Counted from the first letter of the stretch, positions 10,351 to 20,431 are shown. The stretch: DNA of 56,240 bases from Nitrospirota bacterium (GCA_016222915.1 JACRQA010000085.1:1-56240), one strand, 5' to 3'. Numbers and translations: made by a program. Notes: a model not told the origin generated them from the letters alone.

Positions 10351-11508
10351 CTACTTCTCCTTGCCGCCGGACATAACGACCTTGTCGTTGTCCTTCAGAT
10401 TAAAGCCGCCGCGCACTACCAGCAGCTCCCCGGAATTTATTCCTGAAACAATCTCCACCTGGTCCCCTGCGACTGCCCCTGTGGCCACTTCCCTGTAATG
10501 CGCCTGGTCGGCTTCCACCGTATACAGGCCCGCCTTCTTTTCCGCCACATTTAAACCAATCAGGGATGAACGCGGGACCTGAATGATATTTCTCCTGGTC
10601 CCTGTCTCGATCCTCCCCTTTGCAAAGAGTCCACCTTTTAATTCACCAGAGGTATTGATTACCTCGGCAATGACCTTTACCGACCTGTCGGCTTCGTCCA
10701 CAGACGGGTTTATATACATCACCTTTCCTGAAAAGGTCCTGCCCGGAATCGCGTCAACAGTAAATGTGAGCGAATCCCCCACCTTTATGGAGGCCATATC
10801 TACGGATGGGACCGAGGCGGTGAGTTTGAGGGTCCTGTTGTCCACTATCTTAAAAAGCGTCTTGTTGGCCCCGGTTTCGCCGGCAAGATCTCCCACATTG
10901 ACATCGCGCATCGAAACGATGCCATCCATAGGCGAAAGGACCATGCCCTTGGAAAGACGCGCCTGAAGCGAGCGCAGTTCTTCCTCTGCAGCGCCGATCT
11001 GGGCCATCGCCGCCTCGACTCCGGCCTTTGCAGCCTCTGCCTCTGATTCCGTATCTTCATAATTCTGCTGTGTTGCAAGGCCGAATTCCCTGAGCTTCTG
11101 CATCCGCGCCTTTTCACGCTCCGCGCGCTGTGCATTTACCTGCGCCTGGAGATGTCCCGCCCTTGCGGACTCAACCGAGGCCGCCGCCTTTTTCACTAGC
11201 GCCTCAGTCTCACTCAGGTCTATTCTGGCAAGCGGCCCATTCTTCTTGACCCTCACCCACTCGGTAACAAACACTTCGCTTACGAGGCCGGAAACCTGGG
11301 CCTTCACCTCCGCCTCGAATTCCGGCGCGAGGGTACCGACCACATCGACCCCTTCCGTAAGTTCCGAGGGAGAGACGGTCATTGTTTCCACCGCAACCGG
11401 CGGACGGCCGCTGCCGTCGTCTTTTTTGCCGTCGGCGTTTTTTGAAGAACAGCCTGAGGTCCAGAGTATAGAAAGTAAAATGACACTTAATAGTATGTTC
11501 CTGTTCAT
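10351..11508 (-). CDS. RND periplasmic adaptor (membrane fusion lipoprotein)
   Basis: Lipobox WTSGC, coiled coil, SPMDG lipoyl half; between tetR and the permease. Confidence 0.93.
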   Translation of the reverse strand: MNRNILLSVILLSILWTSGCSSKNADGKKDDGSGRPPVAVETMTVSPSELTEGVDVVGTLAPEFEAEVKAQVSGLVSEVFVTEWVRVKKNGPLARIDLSETEALVKKAAASVESARAGHLQAQVNAQRAEREKARMQKLREFGLATQQNYEDTESEAEAAKAGVEAAMAQIGAAEEELRSLQARLSKGMVLSPMDGIVSMRDVNVGDLAGETGANKTLFKIVDNRTLKLTASVPSVDMASIKVGDSLTFTVDAIPGRTFSGKVMYINPSVDEADRSVKVIAEVINTSGELKGGLFAKGRIETGTRRNIIQVPRSSLIGLNVAEKKAGLYTVEADQAHYREVATGAVAGDQVEIVSGINSGELLVVRGGFNLKDNDKVVMSGGKEK

Positions 11509-11513
11509 GGCAG

Positions 11514-12140
11514 TTACCTTTTCCTTTTTGATTTTGAAGGAGCCACCCCGTCAAAGATAAAAGCGATCATGGAGGCCAGTCCTTTTTTATCCACCATAGG
11601 CGCGCGGTGGCAGAGCTGCTCCTCAAGCACGAAGTTCAGCGCCCCAATCAAAACGCAGGTCAGCGTGTCCGCATTCACCTTCCGGATTTCGCCGCTCCTG
11701 GTCCCGTCCTTCACAATGAATTCCGTTACCTCTCTTATCTTAAGGTGGTAGCCCTCGAAGTCAATGAAAGGCGCGCCCTGCGGGGGGCCGTAATAGATTG
11801 AATACATAAGTCTCGCTGCCTTGAGGTTCTTCATGAATAGGAGAAATATCCCTTCATACAGCCGCAGCACGCGTTGACGCGAGCTTAATTTTTCGTGCGC
11901 GGTCTCCACTAACATCTTTTCAAGTATCCCGAAGGGCTTTGTCATCAGCTCGGTGTAGATGCCTTCCTTGCTCCCGAAATAGTAATAGAGGGACGGCTTT
12001 GTTACTCCCGCGGCCTCGACGATCTCCCGAACAGACGTTGTTGCATATCCCTTTTCATTGAAAATATCAAGGGCTGACTGCAGAAGACGCTCCCGTACCG
12101 CCTGCTCATCAGGCTTTATAGAGCGTTTTTTTTCCGTCAT
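11514..12140 (-). CDS. TetR/AcrR-family repressor
   Basis: GYATTSVREIVEAAGVTKPSLYYYFGSKE HTH. Confidence 0.95.
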   Translation of the reverse strand: MTEKKRSIKPDEQAVRERLLQSALDIFNEKGYATTSVREIVEAAGVTKPSLYYYFGSKEGIYTELMTKPFGILEKMLVETAHEKLSSRQRVLRLYEGIFLLFMKNLKAARLMYSIYYGPPQGAPFIDFEGYHLKIREVTEFIVKDGTRSGEIRKVNADTLTCVLIGALNFVLEEQLCHRAPMVDKKGLASMIAFIFDGVAPSKSKRKR

Positions 12141-12170
12141 AATAAAACTCCTTTTCGGTGCGGGTTAATT

Positions 12171-12211
12171 TACCTACCGGAAAGTATAATTTTCGAACTG
12201 AAATATGTCAA
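12171..12211 (-). promoter_or_regulatory. Sigma70 promoter with overlapping palindromic operator for the tetR-RND operon
   Basis: TTGACA(12211-12206)-N17-TATACT(12188-12183); imperfect palindrome TACTTTCCGGTAGGTA (12186-12171) overlaps -10 and the start site. Confidence 0.75.
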
Positions 12212-12236
12212 TAGATTTTATCGCAGGGCAATCTGA

Positions 12237-12908
12237 CTATTGATTAACGGACTTTACCGCGTGCATGAGGACCTCATGAGTGCCCTTTAACTGCAGCTTG
12301 ATCTTGATATGCTCTATGTAGGTCTCGACCGTCTTGACGCTGAGGTTTAGTTTTTCGGCTATCTCGTGTTTCTTCAGCCCCTGGCCGAGAAGCTGATAGA
12401 CCTCCAGTTCTCGGTTGCTGAGGGCCTTTGTCGGGGAACCGGAGTCATCGAATTTGTCTTTAACGAACCGGTGCAGGAGCTTTACATTTAATTTATCACT
12501 GACATAGATCTCTCCGCCAAGGACCTTCCTTATGGCCGACAGTAATTCCTTAGAGGGCTCCTGCTTCATTATATAACCTCTGGCCCCTGCCTTGAGACAG
12601 CGCTCGGCGTACGCGGATTCATCGTGCATGGAAAGGACGAGGGCCGGCAAATCCGGGCGCGCGTAAGCAAGGTTTTCTATCAGCCTGATGCCGCTGCCGT
12701 CCCCGAGGGTAATGTCTACCAATATGATATCAGGTTTACTGTTTGCAACTGCATGCATGGCGTCTGAGGCATTGTCGGCCTCCCCGCAAACCGTTAGGTC
12801 TTCCTCGCTGTTGATGAGACGCGAAAGCCCCTCGCGTAATATGGCATGGTCATCGACAATAAATACATTTTTCTTTTGTATTTTATTCCCGGACTTAACA
12901 GTTTTCAT
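12237..12908 (-). CDS. NarL/FixJ-family response regulator, close paralog of 4563..5231
   Basis: Long identical stretches with the 4563..5231 product (KKNVFIVDDHAILREGLSRL, ERCLKAGARGYIMKQE). Confidence 0.95.
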   Translation of the reverse strand: MKTVKSGNKIQKKNVFIVDDHAILREGLSRLINSEEDLTVCGEADNASDAMHAVANSKPDIILVDITLGDGSGIRLIENLAYARPDLPALVLSMHDESAYAERCLKAGARGYIMKQEPSKELLSAIRKVLGGEIYVSDKLNVKLLHRFVKDKFDDSGSPTKALSNRELEVYQLLGQGLKKHEIAEKLNLSVKTVETYIEHIKIKLQLKGTHEVLMHAVKSVNQ

Positions 12909-12925
12909 TTTTCATCTCCTTTGTC

Positions 12926-14755
12926 TCATATGTGTCTGATAGAACCGGCCGGTGATTTGCCTTCTCCGGCCATATTGATCTCACTTTCTCTTTTATCAAA
13001 GAAGATACAGGTGACAAGTGTGCCTTCCCCGATTACCGACCTGATGTCAAGCGAGGCGTTGATTATGCTCGCCCGGAATTTCATAATTTCCAGGCCCATG
13101 CTGCTCATCTGCTTCGGCATGATAAAACCCCGGCCGTCATCTTTTATTGTCATGGTAATTTTATTATTTTCCTTTGTGAGCCGGAGTTCAATATGTTTGG
13201 CCTTTGAGTGTCTCGCTGCGTTTGTAATGGCCTCCTGAGCAATGCGGTATAAATGCGTCAACGCAGTCTCATCATACAGCATTACGAACGGCTTGCATCT
13301 CAGATCACACGGTATCCCGAACAGTCTTTCGGAATTGGACGCAAGCTCCACCAGGGCCGTCATCAGACTGTATTCGCCCTTCTCCAATATGGGAGAGAGG
13401 CCCGATGAAAGGGTCCTGACCTGCGACTTCGACATCTCAACAAGATGCGTGATCCTGGCCGCGTCCTCAGCCTCCGGAAGCGCTTTCTTCCTCAATAGAT
13501 TCTCAAGCCCCTGGGTCATAAAGGAGATGGCGGTAAGCTGCTGTCCCAGGTTATCGTGCAGGTCATGCCCGATACGCCGCTGTTCATGCTCCCTTATTTC
13601 AAGCAGCATCTTTTCCAGGTGCTTGCGTTCGGTCATCTCCCTGTTCAGGTCTTCCCAGGAAGCGGTATAACTCCTCAGGTTCTCGATCATCTGATCAAAT
13701 ATCCTGGACAACTGGCCGATTTCATCTTTTGCGTCAGTGCCTACTCTATAATCAAGGTTACCCTGCCCGATTATTTCACTCCCTTTATGCAGCGCCTTGA
13801 TCGGATTGGAGATCGTCTTTGCAACACGAAAGGCGACTATTACCACTCCCAATACAGTCGCTACAAAGATAGCTATCATCCATATCCTGAGCCTGTCGAT
13901 GGGCGCGTAGACTTCTTTCAGGTCCTGCTTTGCAATAAAGCCCCAGCGGGTCTGCGGGATGTACGTATAGGCCGCCAATACCTTTTCACCCCTGTAATCC
14001 GAAGTCTCCGCAATCCCGGGTTCTCCCCTGGACGCCTCTGCGGCCTGCCCCTCGATCTTCACCTTGAGCGGGGAATTCCCGTGACCGCGCAGATTGCTTA
14101 CAACAACGGCGTCCTTATTGACAATAAAGGTCTCACCGGTCTCACCCATCCCTGTGCGATTTGACAAATGCTTATAGAGAGAGGCCTCAAGGTTGAACCT
14201 GGCCACAAGCACGCCGATGGGGCGGCCGCGGTCCTCCCTGCTGAATATGGGGATGGAAATGGCCATGCAGGGCCTGTTCACCGTAGACGAATAATGTATG
14301 TCCTCAATGAACAGGTCCCCGCTTTTCAAGGCCCCTTCAAAGTGAAAGGCATGCACGGGCCGGTGCCCCTCACGGTCTTTAATGGTCGAGATCATGATCG
14401 TTTTAGTGTCGGGATCGACAATAAATATTTCATAAAAGTCGTCATAATGCTCCAGGTATTTTGTGAGAAAGCTCCGCGCCTCTGAAGCAATGGCCGCTTT
14501 ACGACCGATGTCACCTTCATCCCGTTGACTGGTCCCCTCCAACGCCCGCATCCCGCTGTCGTCGGCTATGGTGCGGATGTCCACGGTCCTTTCTTCAAGC
14601 CAGTGGTCCAATTCAGCGACCTTCATATCCCGGACTGCCTCAAGCCGGTTGAAGATTGAGGACTTTATTGAGCTCACCATATGAAAATAAATCGCCACAT
14701 TGACCATAATCAGCGGCAGCATGGCTATAATGAAAAACCAGGCGGTGAGGCGCAT
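12926..14755 (-). CDS. Membrane sensor histidine kinase (Cache-like, HAMP, HisKA_3, HATPase)
   Basis: Two TM segments, HAMP DEIGQL, RIGHDLHDNLGQQL, RIAQEAITNA, DDGRGF; start may be CTG at 14788. Confidence 0.92.
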   Translation of the reverse strand: MRLTAWFFIIAMLPLIMVNVAIYFHMVSSIKSSIFNRLEAVRDMKVAELDHWLEERTVDIRTIADDSGMRALEGTSQRDEGDIGRKAAIASEARSFLTKYLEHYDDFYEIFIVDPDTKTIMISTIKDREGHRPVHAFHFEGALKSGDLFIEDIHYSSTVNRPCMAISIPIFSREDRGRPIGVLVARFNLEASLYKHLSNRTGMGETGETFIVNKDAVVVSNLRGHGNSPLKVKIEGQAAEASRGEPGIAETSDYRGEKVLAAYTYIPQTRWGFIAKQDLKEVYAPIDRLRIWMIAIFVATVLGVVIVAFRVAKTISNPIKALHKGSEIIGQGNLDYRVGTDAKDEIGQLSRIFDQMIENLRSYTASWEDLNREMTERKHLEKMLLEIREHEQRRIGHDLHDNLGQQLTAISFMTQGLENLLRKKALPEAEDAARITHLVEMSKSQVRTLSSGLSPILEKGEYSLMTALVELASNSERLFGIPCDLRCKPFVMLYDETALTHLYRIAQEAITNAARHSKAKHIELRLTKENNKITMTIKDDGRGFIMPKQMSSMGLEIMKFRASIINASLDIRSVIGEGTLVTCIFFDKRESEINMAGEGKSPAGSIRHI

Positions 14756-14848
14756 CCCGATGCTGTTGAATGAGATCCTGTCTCTCAGAGGTTTCTCCTG
14801 TTATGTCATCCCTGACGTTTGCAAAAGCCCCGTTTTGCCACTAACATT

Positions 14849-14888
14849 AAAACCGGACCGACCGAAGGTGTGTTCTTCGGCAGTCCGG
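14849..14888 (-). terminator. Terminator/attenuator hairpin in the leader of the kinase gene
   Basis: CCGGACTGCCGAAG-aacacac-CTTCGGTCGGTCCGG followed by TTTT on the minus strand. Confidence 0.55.
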
Positions 14889-15081
14889 CCATTACACATA
14901 GGTCAGTCATGTCACTTTACCCCCTTAATTCAAAGGGCACGGCTTTATCCGGTCAAATATTCTATACCTCCGTTTTATCATCAACCGTCTTGCAATACAA
15001 GTAAATTTATTTAATTAACCTATAAGCATCCTGCTTAAATGCGGCCCAGGGGAATATTCTTCGGGACAACCGAAAAATATC

Positions 15082-15426
15082 TCAGACCCCGAGAGGCTCC
15101 CACGATTTAAACATTATGACTTCCTCCCCTGGATTGGGGAGCCCGGCGATTTTCCACGCCTGTACCGGGTCAAGGAATTTCTCGGTCATACAATTGCTGG
15201 GCTGGTGTACATTTTTACATACGGCCCGGAGGATCGGGAAAAATTTATATTTCTTGTAGTAATCCCTGATGAACTTAAGAATATCGATCCTGTCCTGCGT
15301 CAGCTCCTCCAGACCTTCGCTCTCAGCAAGTGCGCAGGCCACGCGGTCGTTCCAATCATCATAATTAAGGAGAAAGCCGTCATCGTCCGTGCTGATTTTC
15401 AGTTGTCCATACTCGATTGTTTTCAT
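15082..15426 (-). CDS. TusE/DsrC-family protein lacking the C-terminal cysteines
   Basis: DDDGFL...W, FIRDYY and KIAGLPNP motifs; the C-terminus (GEEVIMFKSWEPLGV) has no Cys. Confidence 0.85.
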   Translation of the reverse strand: MKTIEYGQLKISTDDDGFLLNYDDWNDRVACALAESEGLEELTQDRIDILKFIRDYYKKYKFFPILRAVCKNVHQPSNCMTEKFLDPVQAWKIAGLPNPGEEVIMFKSWEPLGV

Positions 15427-15497
15427 GTTGCACCTCTTGTTTCGCTTTATGTTTATATAGAATCTTTATCACAAATCAGGCCGCTCGTCAACCGTGC

Positions 15498-15522
15498 GCA
15501 GGGGCATGGCACGCCATGCCCC
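15498..15522. repeat. REP-like palindrome
   Basis: GCAGGGGCATGGCACGCCATGCCCC; near-identical to copies at 21231, 22169 and 39970. Confidence 0.8.
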
Positions 15523-15537
15523 AACAGATAACTGAAT

Positions 15538-15566
15538 TTGTCACAGTACCATTCATCTGATAGAAT
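15538..15566 (+). promoter_or_regulatory. Sigma70 promoter of the oxidase operon
   Basis: TTGTCA-N17-TAGAAT; implies the ORF-track TTG start at 15538 is not the real start. Confidence 0.7.
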
Positions 15567-15609
15567 CTTTTTAATTGGGAGTCCATTTTTCATTTCCGGT
15601 ATTTCAACT

Positions 15610-17208
15610 ATGGGAACAGATTTTTATATGAATACGGAAGGGCGCAAAGGGGTTCTGTCCTGGATATTGTCAACGGACCATAAAAGGATCGGCCTTCTAT
15701 ACCTGTACGCGGTCCTCGGGTTCTTCCTGATCGGCGTTATAATCGGATTACTGATGAGGCTTGAGCTCATGGCGCCCGGCAGGACAATTGTAAACGCGAG
15801 GGCATACGATTCCCTGTTTACGCTGCACGGCATCATCATGATTTTTTTCTTCATCATCCCGGGGGTCCCTTCCTCACTCGGCAATTTCTTTCTCCCTCTG
15901 CAGATCGGGGCCAGGGATGTGGCCTTCCCCCGGCTCAATCTGCTTTCATGGTGGCTCTATGTCATTGCAGGCCTGACCGCCATTTCGACCATATTCCTCC
16001 CGGGCGGACCGCCTGACACGGGATGGACGCTATATCCTCCGTACAGCATTAAGACACCGACCAACGTGTCGGGTACGGCCCTTGCCGCGTTTATCGTCGG
16101 CTTCTCATCCATTCTGACCGGGCTTAATTTTATTACCACGATCCACAGGCTCAGGGCGCCGGGAATGACATGGTTCCGGATGCCGCTATTTACATGGACA
16201 CTCTACTCAACTGCGTGGGTCCAGGTACTGGCTACGCCGGTGCTCGCAATCACCCTGCTTCTGCTCATCCTTGAAAGGGCCTTCGGCACCGGGTTCTTTG
16301 ACCCTGCTAAGGGCGGAGATCCCCTGATGTTTGAACACCTCTTCTGGATTTACTCGCACCCGGCCGTGTATGTAATGATACTCCCGGCCATGGGAATCAT
16401 AAGCGAGATCGTCCCCACCTTCTCGCGCAAGACGGTATTCGGTTACAAGGCTATCGTTTTTTCCGGCCTCAGCATAGCGACCCTGGGCTATGTCGTCTGG
16501 GGACACCACATGTTTACAAGCGGCATGAGCGATGTGTCGAGCATGGTCTTTTCATTTATTACGTTCGCTGTTGCCGTGCCGAGCGGGATCAAGGTATTTA
16601 ACTGGATCGCAACGATGTATAAGGGGTCCGTAGAAATAAAACCGCCGCTGCTCTACGCCTTTGCCTTCATCTTCCTCTTTTCCATAGGCGGGTTGACAGG
16701 CCTTGTGAATTCTGCGGTGGCAACGAACGTCCATATCCACGGGACCTTTTTTATTGTGGCCCATTTCCATTACACAATGTTCGGTGGCGCAGGCTTCGCA
16801 TTTTTCACCGGACTCCATTACAGGTTACCAAAGATGACGGGCAGGATGTATAACTTCAGGGCCTCGACCGTCGCCTGCATTGTCCTGTTCATAGGATTCA
16901 ATATCCTGTACTTCCCGATGTTTTTGCTTGGCTGGCAGGGCATGCCGAGGCGCTACTACGATTATCCCCCTGAGTTTCACGGAAACAACTTTATATCAAC
17001 CATCGGTTCCTGGATACTCGCCGCGGGTCTCCTGATCATGTTCATTAATCTCGCCAGGTCGCTCTTTAAAGGAGAGAAGGCCGGCAACAATCCGTGGGAC
17101 GGGACAACACTCGAATGGCAGGTGTCTTCTCCACCACCCCAGGAAAATTTTGAGAAAATTCCGCACATAACCAGGGGGCCGTACTCAAGAGAGAAAAATA
17201 TTTTATGA
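15610..17208 (+). CDS. ctaD: Cytochrome c oxidase subunit I, type A2
   Basis: STDHKRIG, TLHG, GWTLYPP, WIYSHPAVY (YS motif of type A2), WGHHM, VAHFHY, MPRRY; start is ATG 15610 or 15628. Confidence 0.95.
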   Translation: MGTDFYMNTEGRKGVLSWILSTDHKRIGLLYLYAVLGFFLIGVIIGLLMRLELMAPGRTIVNARAYDSLFTLHGIIMIFFFIIPGVPSSLGNFFLPLQIGARDVAFPRLNLLSWWLYVIAGLTAISTIFLPGGPPDTGWTLYPPYSIKTPTNVSGTALAAFIVGFSSILTGLNFITTIHRLRAPGMTWFRMPLFTWTLYSTAWVQVLATPVLAITLLLLILERAFGTGFFDPAKGGDPLMFEHLFWIYSHPAVYVMILPAMGIISEIVPTFSRKTVFGYKAIVFSGLSIATLGYVVWGHHMFTSGMSDVSSMVFSFITFAVAVPSGIKVFNWIATMYKGSVEIKPPLLYAFAFIFLFSIGGLTGLVNSAVATNVHIHGTFFIVAHFHYTMFGGAGFAFFTGLHYRLPKMTGRMYNFRASTVACIVLFIGFNILYFPMFLLGWQGMPRRYYDYPPEFHGNNFISTIGSWILAAGLLIMFINLARSLFKGEKAGNNPWDGTTLEWQVSSPPPQENFEKIPHITRGPYSREKNIL

Positions 17209-17230
17209 ATAAGGATATTGAATAAGAATA

Positions 17231-17836
17231 ATGCAGGCATTGGTAAAGTATACTGATGACGTCGACGCAAAGATGGGAATGTGGCTTTTCCTCTTCACGG
17301 AAATGCTGTTCTTCGGCGGGATGTTTCTCCTCTACGCGGTTTACAGCACGAAATACTCAGCCGACTTTTCCGGCTCGTCCTCTGAGTTAAACAGGGTGAT
17401 CGGCACATTCAATACACTGATACTTATAACAAGCAGCTTTACCGCGGCCCTGTCTTTGTCGGAAATAAAAAAGGGTGCGCTTCAGTCAGCAAGTATATGC
17501 CTCGGCATTACGGCGTTGATCGGTATAGTATTTTTGATAATGAAATATATTGAATGGAGCGCCAAGATCGGGCACGGGATATATCCGGGCAGCGCTTATT
17601 TAAATGAAATGGCCCATGGGAAGGTGCTCTTCTACAGCCTTTATTTCGTGATGACCGGGATACACGCGTTCCATGTCCTTATCGGGATCGCCGTATTCAT
17701 AGTCATCCTGTTTATGCTCCGTAACGGGACAGTCCGTGAAAACAACTCTATCAAACTTGAAAACGCCGCTCTTTACTGGCACTTTGTGGACATCGCGTGG
17801 ATATACCTTTTCCCGCTTTTGTATCTGCTGCGATGA
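17231..17836 (+). CDS. ctaE: Cytochrome c oxidase subunit III
   Basis: GMWLFLFTEMLFF, TGIHAFHV, LYWHFVDIAW. Confidence 0.93.
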   Translation: MQALVKYTDDVDAKMGMWLFLFTEMLFFGGMFLLYAVYSTKYSADFSGSSSELNRVIGTFNTLILITSSFTAALSLSEIKKGALQSASICLGITALIGIVFLIMKYIEWSAKIGHGIYPGSAYLNEMAHGKVLFYSLYFVMTGIHAFHVLIGIAVFIVILFMLRNGTVRENNSIKLENAALYWHFVDIAWIYLFPLLYLLR

Positions 17837-17846
17837 GGGCCTGTTT

Positions 17847-18143
17847 ATGTTATCGATGAAACAGAAAGAAGACACCCGCTCAACCGGTAATGGGACACTT
17901 ATTTTCACCTGGATTGCCCTGCTGCTCCTGACGGGATTGACGGTGTGGATAGCAGGTGTGAACACCGACCGGCACGGTGTAGCAGTTAATATCATTATCG
18001 CGTCCGTGAAGGCTGGCCTGGTTTTGTTCGTATTTATGAGACTGAAATATGAGTCGCTCTTTTTCAGGCTCATCCTTTTGTTAATAGTGATCACGCTGAC
18101 CGCCATTATGGCGCTCACGTTTCTTGATGTTTTATACAGGTAG
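17847..18143 (+). CDS. ctaF: Cytochrome c oxidase subunit IV
   Basis: Three TM helices; WIALLLLT, KAGLV...FMRLKYE; start trimmed to ATG 17847. Confidence 0.85.
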   Translation: MLSMKQKEDTRSTGNGTLIFTWIALLLLTGLTVWIAGVNTDRHGVAVNIIIASVKAGLVLFVFMRLKYESLFFRLILLLIVITLTAIMALTFLDVLYR

Positions 18144-18183
18144 GGCGTATGCGCTACGCCGCCGAGATAACGGTTTATAAATT

Positions 18184-19083
18184 ATGACAGACAAGGTCAA
18201 TGAAGCGTTCCTGGTAATCATGGTCATCTGCCTGGCACTCCTCGGTCTTGTGACCTTCTTCATGATATTTCTGGCGGTACGCTACAGAAGGGGAAAAAAC
18301 CCCAACCCGGAAGACATATCCGGGTCTCTTCCGCTGGAGATCACTTGGACAGTGGTGCCGGCCATACTTGTCTTCATCATGTTCTGGTACGGGTGGGTAA
18401 ATTTCAAGGCCATGCGGACCGTGCCGGAAAAAGCTTTCAATGTAAATGTCACTGCGCGCATGTGGTCCTGGAGCTTCGAATATCCGGACGGATTTAAGAC
18501 CACTACCCTTATGGTCCCGGCAGGCAGGCCGGTAAATCTGGATATTATTTCCGAAGACGTACTGCACAGCCTGTTCATTCCAGCTTTCAAAATAAAAGAG
18601 GACGCTGTACCGGGCATGCATACCCGGCTCTGGTTTACCGCCCCGGCGCCCGGTGAATATACTATCTTCTGCTCGGAATACTGCGGCCAGGGCCATTCTT
18701 CGATGATCTCGAAGGTCGTAGCTATGACGGAAAAGGATTTCTCAACATGGTATCAAACACACGGAGATAAGGAGGCGGTGGGAAAGGCCGTCCCTGATGT
18801 GCCAAAGCTCCTCGATGAACACGGCTGCCTCGATTGCCACACCACTGACGGCTCCGAACTGACCGGGCCGTCTTTCAAGGGCATCTACGGGAGAAAGATC
18901 GTGGTAATTTCCAGAGGGAAAGAGAGGGCGTTGACTGTAGATGACGCGTATCTCCTCAGCTCGGTCCTTTATCCTGACAAGGACATTGTAAAAGGGTATG
19001 AGGACATTATGCCCTCATTTAAGGATGAGCTTTCAGAAAAAGAGCTGGCGGCCATCATTAATTATTTAAAGGAGCTGAAGTGA
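18184..19083 (+). CDS. ctaC: Cytochrome c oxidase subunit II with fused cytochrome c (caa3-type)
   Basis: LEITWT, DVLHS, CuA motif CSEYCGQGHSSM, C-terminal CLDCH...MP. Confidence 0.94.
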   Translation: MTDKVNEAFLVIMVICLALLGLVTFFMIFLAVRYRRGKNPNPEDISGSLPLEITWTVVPAILVFIMFWYGWVNFKAMRTVPEKAFNVNVTARMWSWSFEYPDGFKTTTLMVPAGRPVNLDIISEDVLHSLFIPAFKIKEDAVPGMHTRLWFTAPAPGEYTIFCSEYCGQGHSSMISKVVAMTEKDFSTWYQTHGDKEAVGKAVPDVPKLLDEHGCLDCHTTDGSELTGPSFKGIYGRKIVVISRGKERALTVDDAYLLSSVLYPDKDIVKGYEDIMPSFKDELSEKELAAIINYLKELK

Positions 19084-19943
19084 CATCAGTTAAATATTGG
19101 CCCGGACTCTGCAAGATAAAGATATCGCTCTTATCGGCTTTCTCGGCAGCTACAGGGGCCATACTCTCAGGCGCGGGATTAGATGTTAATTTTACCATCA
19201 TGGTCACAGGGGTCTTTCTCCTTGCATCAGGGGCGTCCGCACTGAACCAGTATCAGGAGCGGGAGATTGATGCACTGATGGAAAGAACAAAATCAAGGCC
19301 GCTGCCCTCAGGTAACATAAGTCCCAGGGAGGCGCTTTATTTGTCGGCAGCGCTTATTTTGTCAGGCACGCTACTGCTGCTTGCGAGATCGTACTTCACT
19401 GCCGCTGCGCTTGGTGTATTCGCAGTGGTCTGGTATAACGGCGTTTATACGGACCTTAAACGCCTATCGGCCTTTGCGCCCGTCCCTGGGGCCCTCGTAG
19501 GCGCAATACCCCCTGCGATAGGATGGTCCTCCGCAGGCGGAGATCTTCTTGATCCCATGCTCCCGGCCCTCTGTGTGTTCTTCTTTATCTGGCAGGTCCC
19601 CCATTTCCTGTTTCTGTCCCTCTCTAATGCTAAAGACTATAAAAAGGCGGGGCTGCCGACGATCAGCGGGATATTCAGTAACGGGCAGATTGCAAGGATT
19701 AATTCTGTCTGGATACTGTCCATGGCAGTGGCCGGCCTGGCCCTGCAGCTATATATTATCTCTTCTTATCATATTTTCAACTCCGGGCTTTTTGCGGCCT
19801 GCCTGTTTCTTTTCATAGGGGGATTCACTTGTATAAGCCGGCATTCAACACGCATTCCCTTCAGGACGGCCTTCAACAGGATCAACATGTACATGCTCTT
19901 ATCAATGCTTATCCTCACAGGAGAAAGATTATTTCTATTGTAA
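19080..19943 (+). CDS. ctaB: Protoheme IX farnesyltransferase
   Basis: NQYQEREIDALMERTKSRPLPSG, YT.LKR, WQVPHF. Confidence 0.93.
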   Translation: MTSVKYWPGLCKIKISLLSAFSAATGAILSGAGLDVNFTIMVTGVFLLASGASALNQYQEREIDALMERTKSRPLPSGNISPREALYLSAALILSGTLLLLARSYFTAAALGVFAVVWYNGVYTDLKRLSAFAPVPGALVGAIPPAIGWSSAGGDLLDPMLPALCVFFFIWQVPHFLFLSLSNAKDYKKAGLPTISGIFSNGQIARINSVWILSMAVAGLALQLYIISSYHIFNSGLFAACLFLFIGGFTCISRHSTRIPFRTAFNRINMYMLLSMLILTGERLFLL

Positions 19944-20050
19944 TTCTCTGCACGGATGAAGACGTCGAAAAAATTAAGGACAATATTATGGAGTTAAACA
20001 CAAGGGGACACTGACAGACGTCCGTCAGTCTGTTTTGATGCAGGACTGCT

Positions 20051-20093
20051 TACCGGAAAACACAGCCGGGAACCTGCCGTGTTTTCCGGGTAA
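20051..20093. terminator. Hairpin between convergent ctaB and the YtxH-like gene
   Basis: CCGGAAAACAC...GTGTTTTCCGG inverted repeat. Confidence 0.5.
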
Positions 20094-20098
20094 TCCGA

Positions 20099-20431
20099 TC
20101 AGCCGAATCTTGCTTTCTGCTTTTCGACTACTTTCTGTACATTATCCAGGGCATAGACAATCTTCTTCTTTGCGCCTTCTGCTATGTCAGTTCGTGATGA
20201 CGCCAGGTGCGTCAGCTTATCGCTCACATTGTCCATTAAATCATGTATGGACTTTGTCGCGTCTTCTATAGCGTCCTTTGCCTCATCAGCCGTATTTCTT
20301 GCGAACCTGACTATGTCTCTCCTGGTCCTTCTGCCGGACTGTGGCGCATAAAGCAAAGAGATCCCGGCGCCTACGAGTCCTCCAATGATAAAGGCACCTG
20401 CTACTTTTTTTTCTGTGGTGTAATCGCTCAT
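20099..20431 (-). CDS. YtxH-like protein
   Basis: FIIGGLVGAGISLLYAPQSGRRTR motif followed by a helical tail. Confidence 0.88.
   Translation of the reverse strand: MSDYTTEKKVAGAFIIGGLVGAGISLLYAPQSGRRTRRDIVRFARNTADEAKDAIEDATKSIHDLMDNVSDKLTHLASSRTDIAEGAKKKIVYALDNVQKVVEKQKARFG

Noticed and set aside
15538-15609. N-terminal extension of oxidase subunit I from TTG 15538
   Set aside because: The TTG is part of the -35 hexamer of a good promoter, so the real start is downstream.
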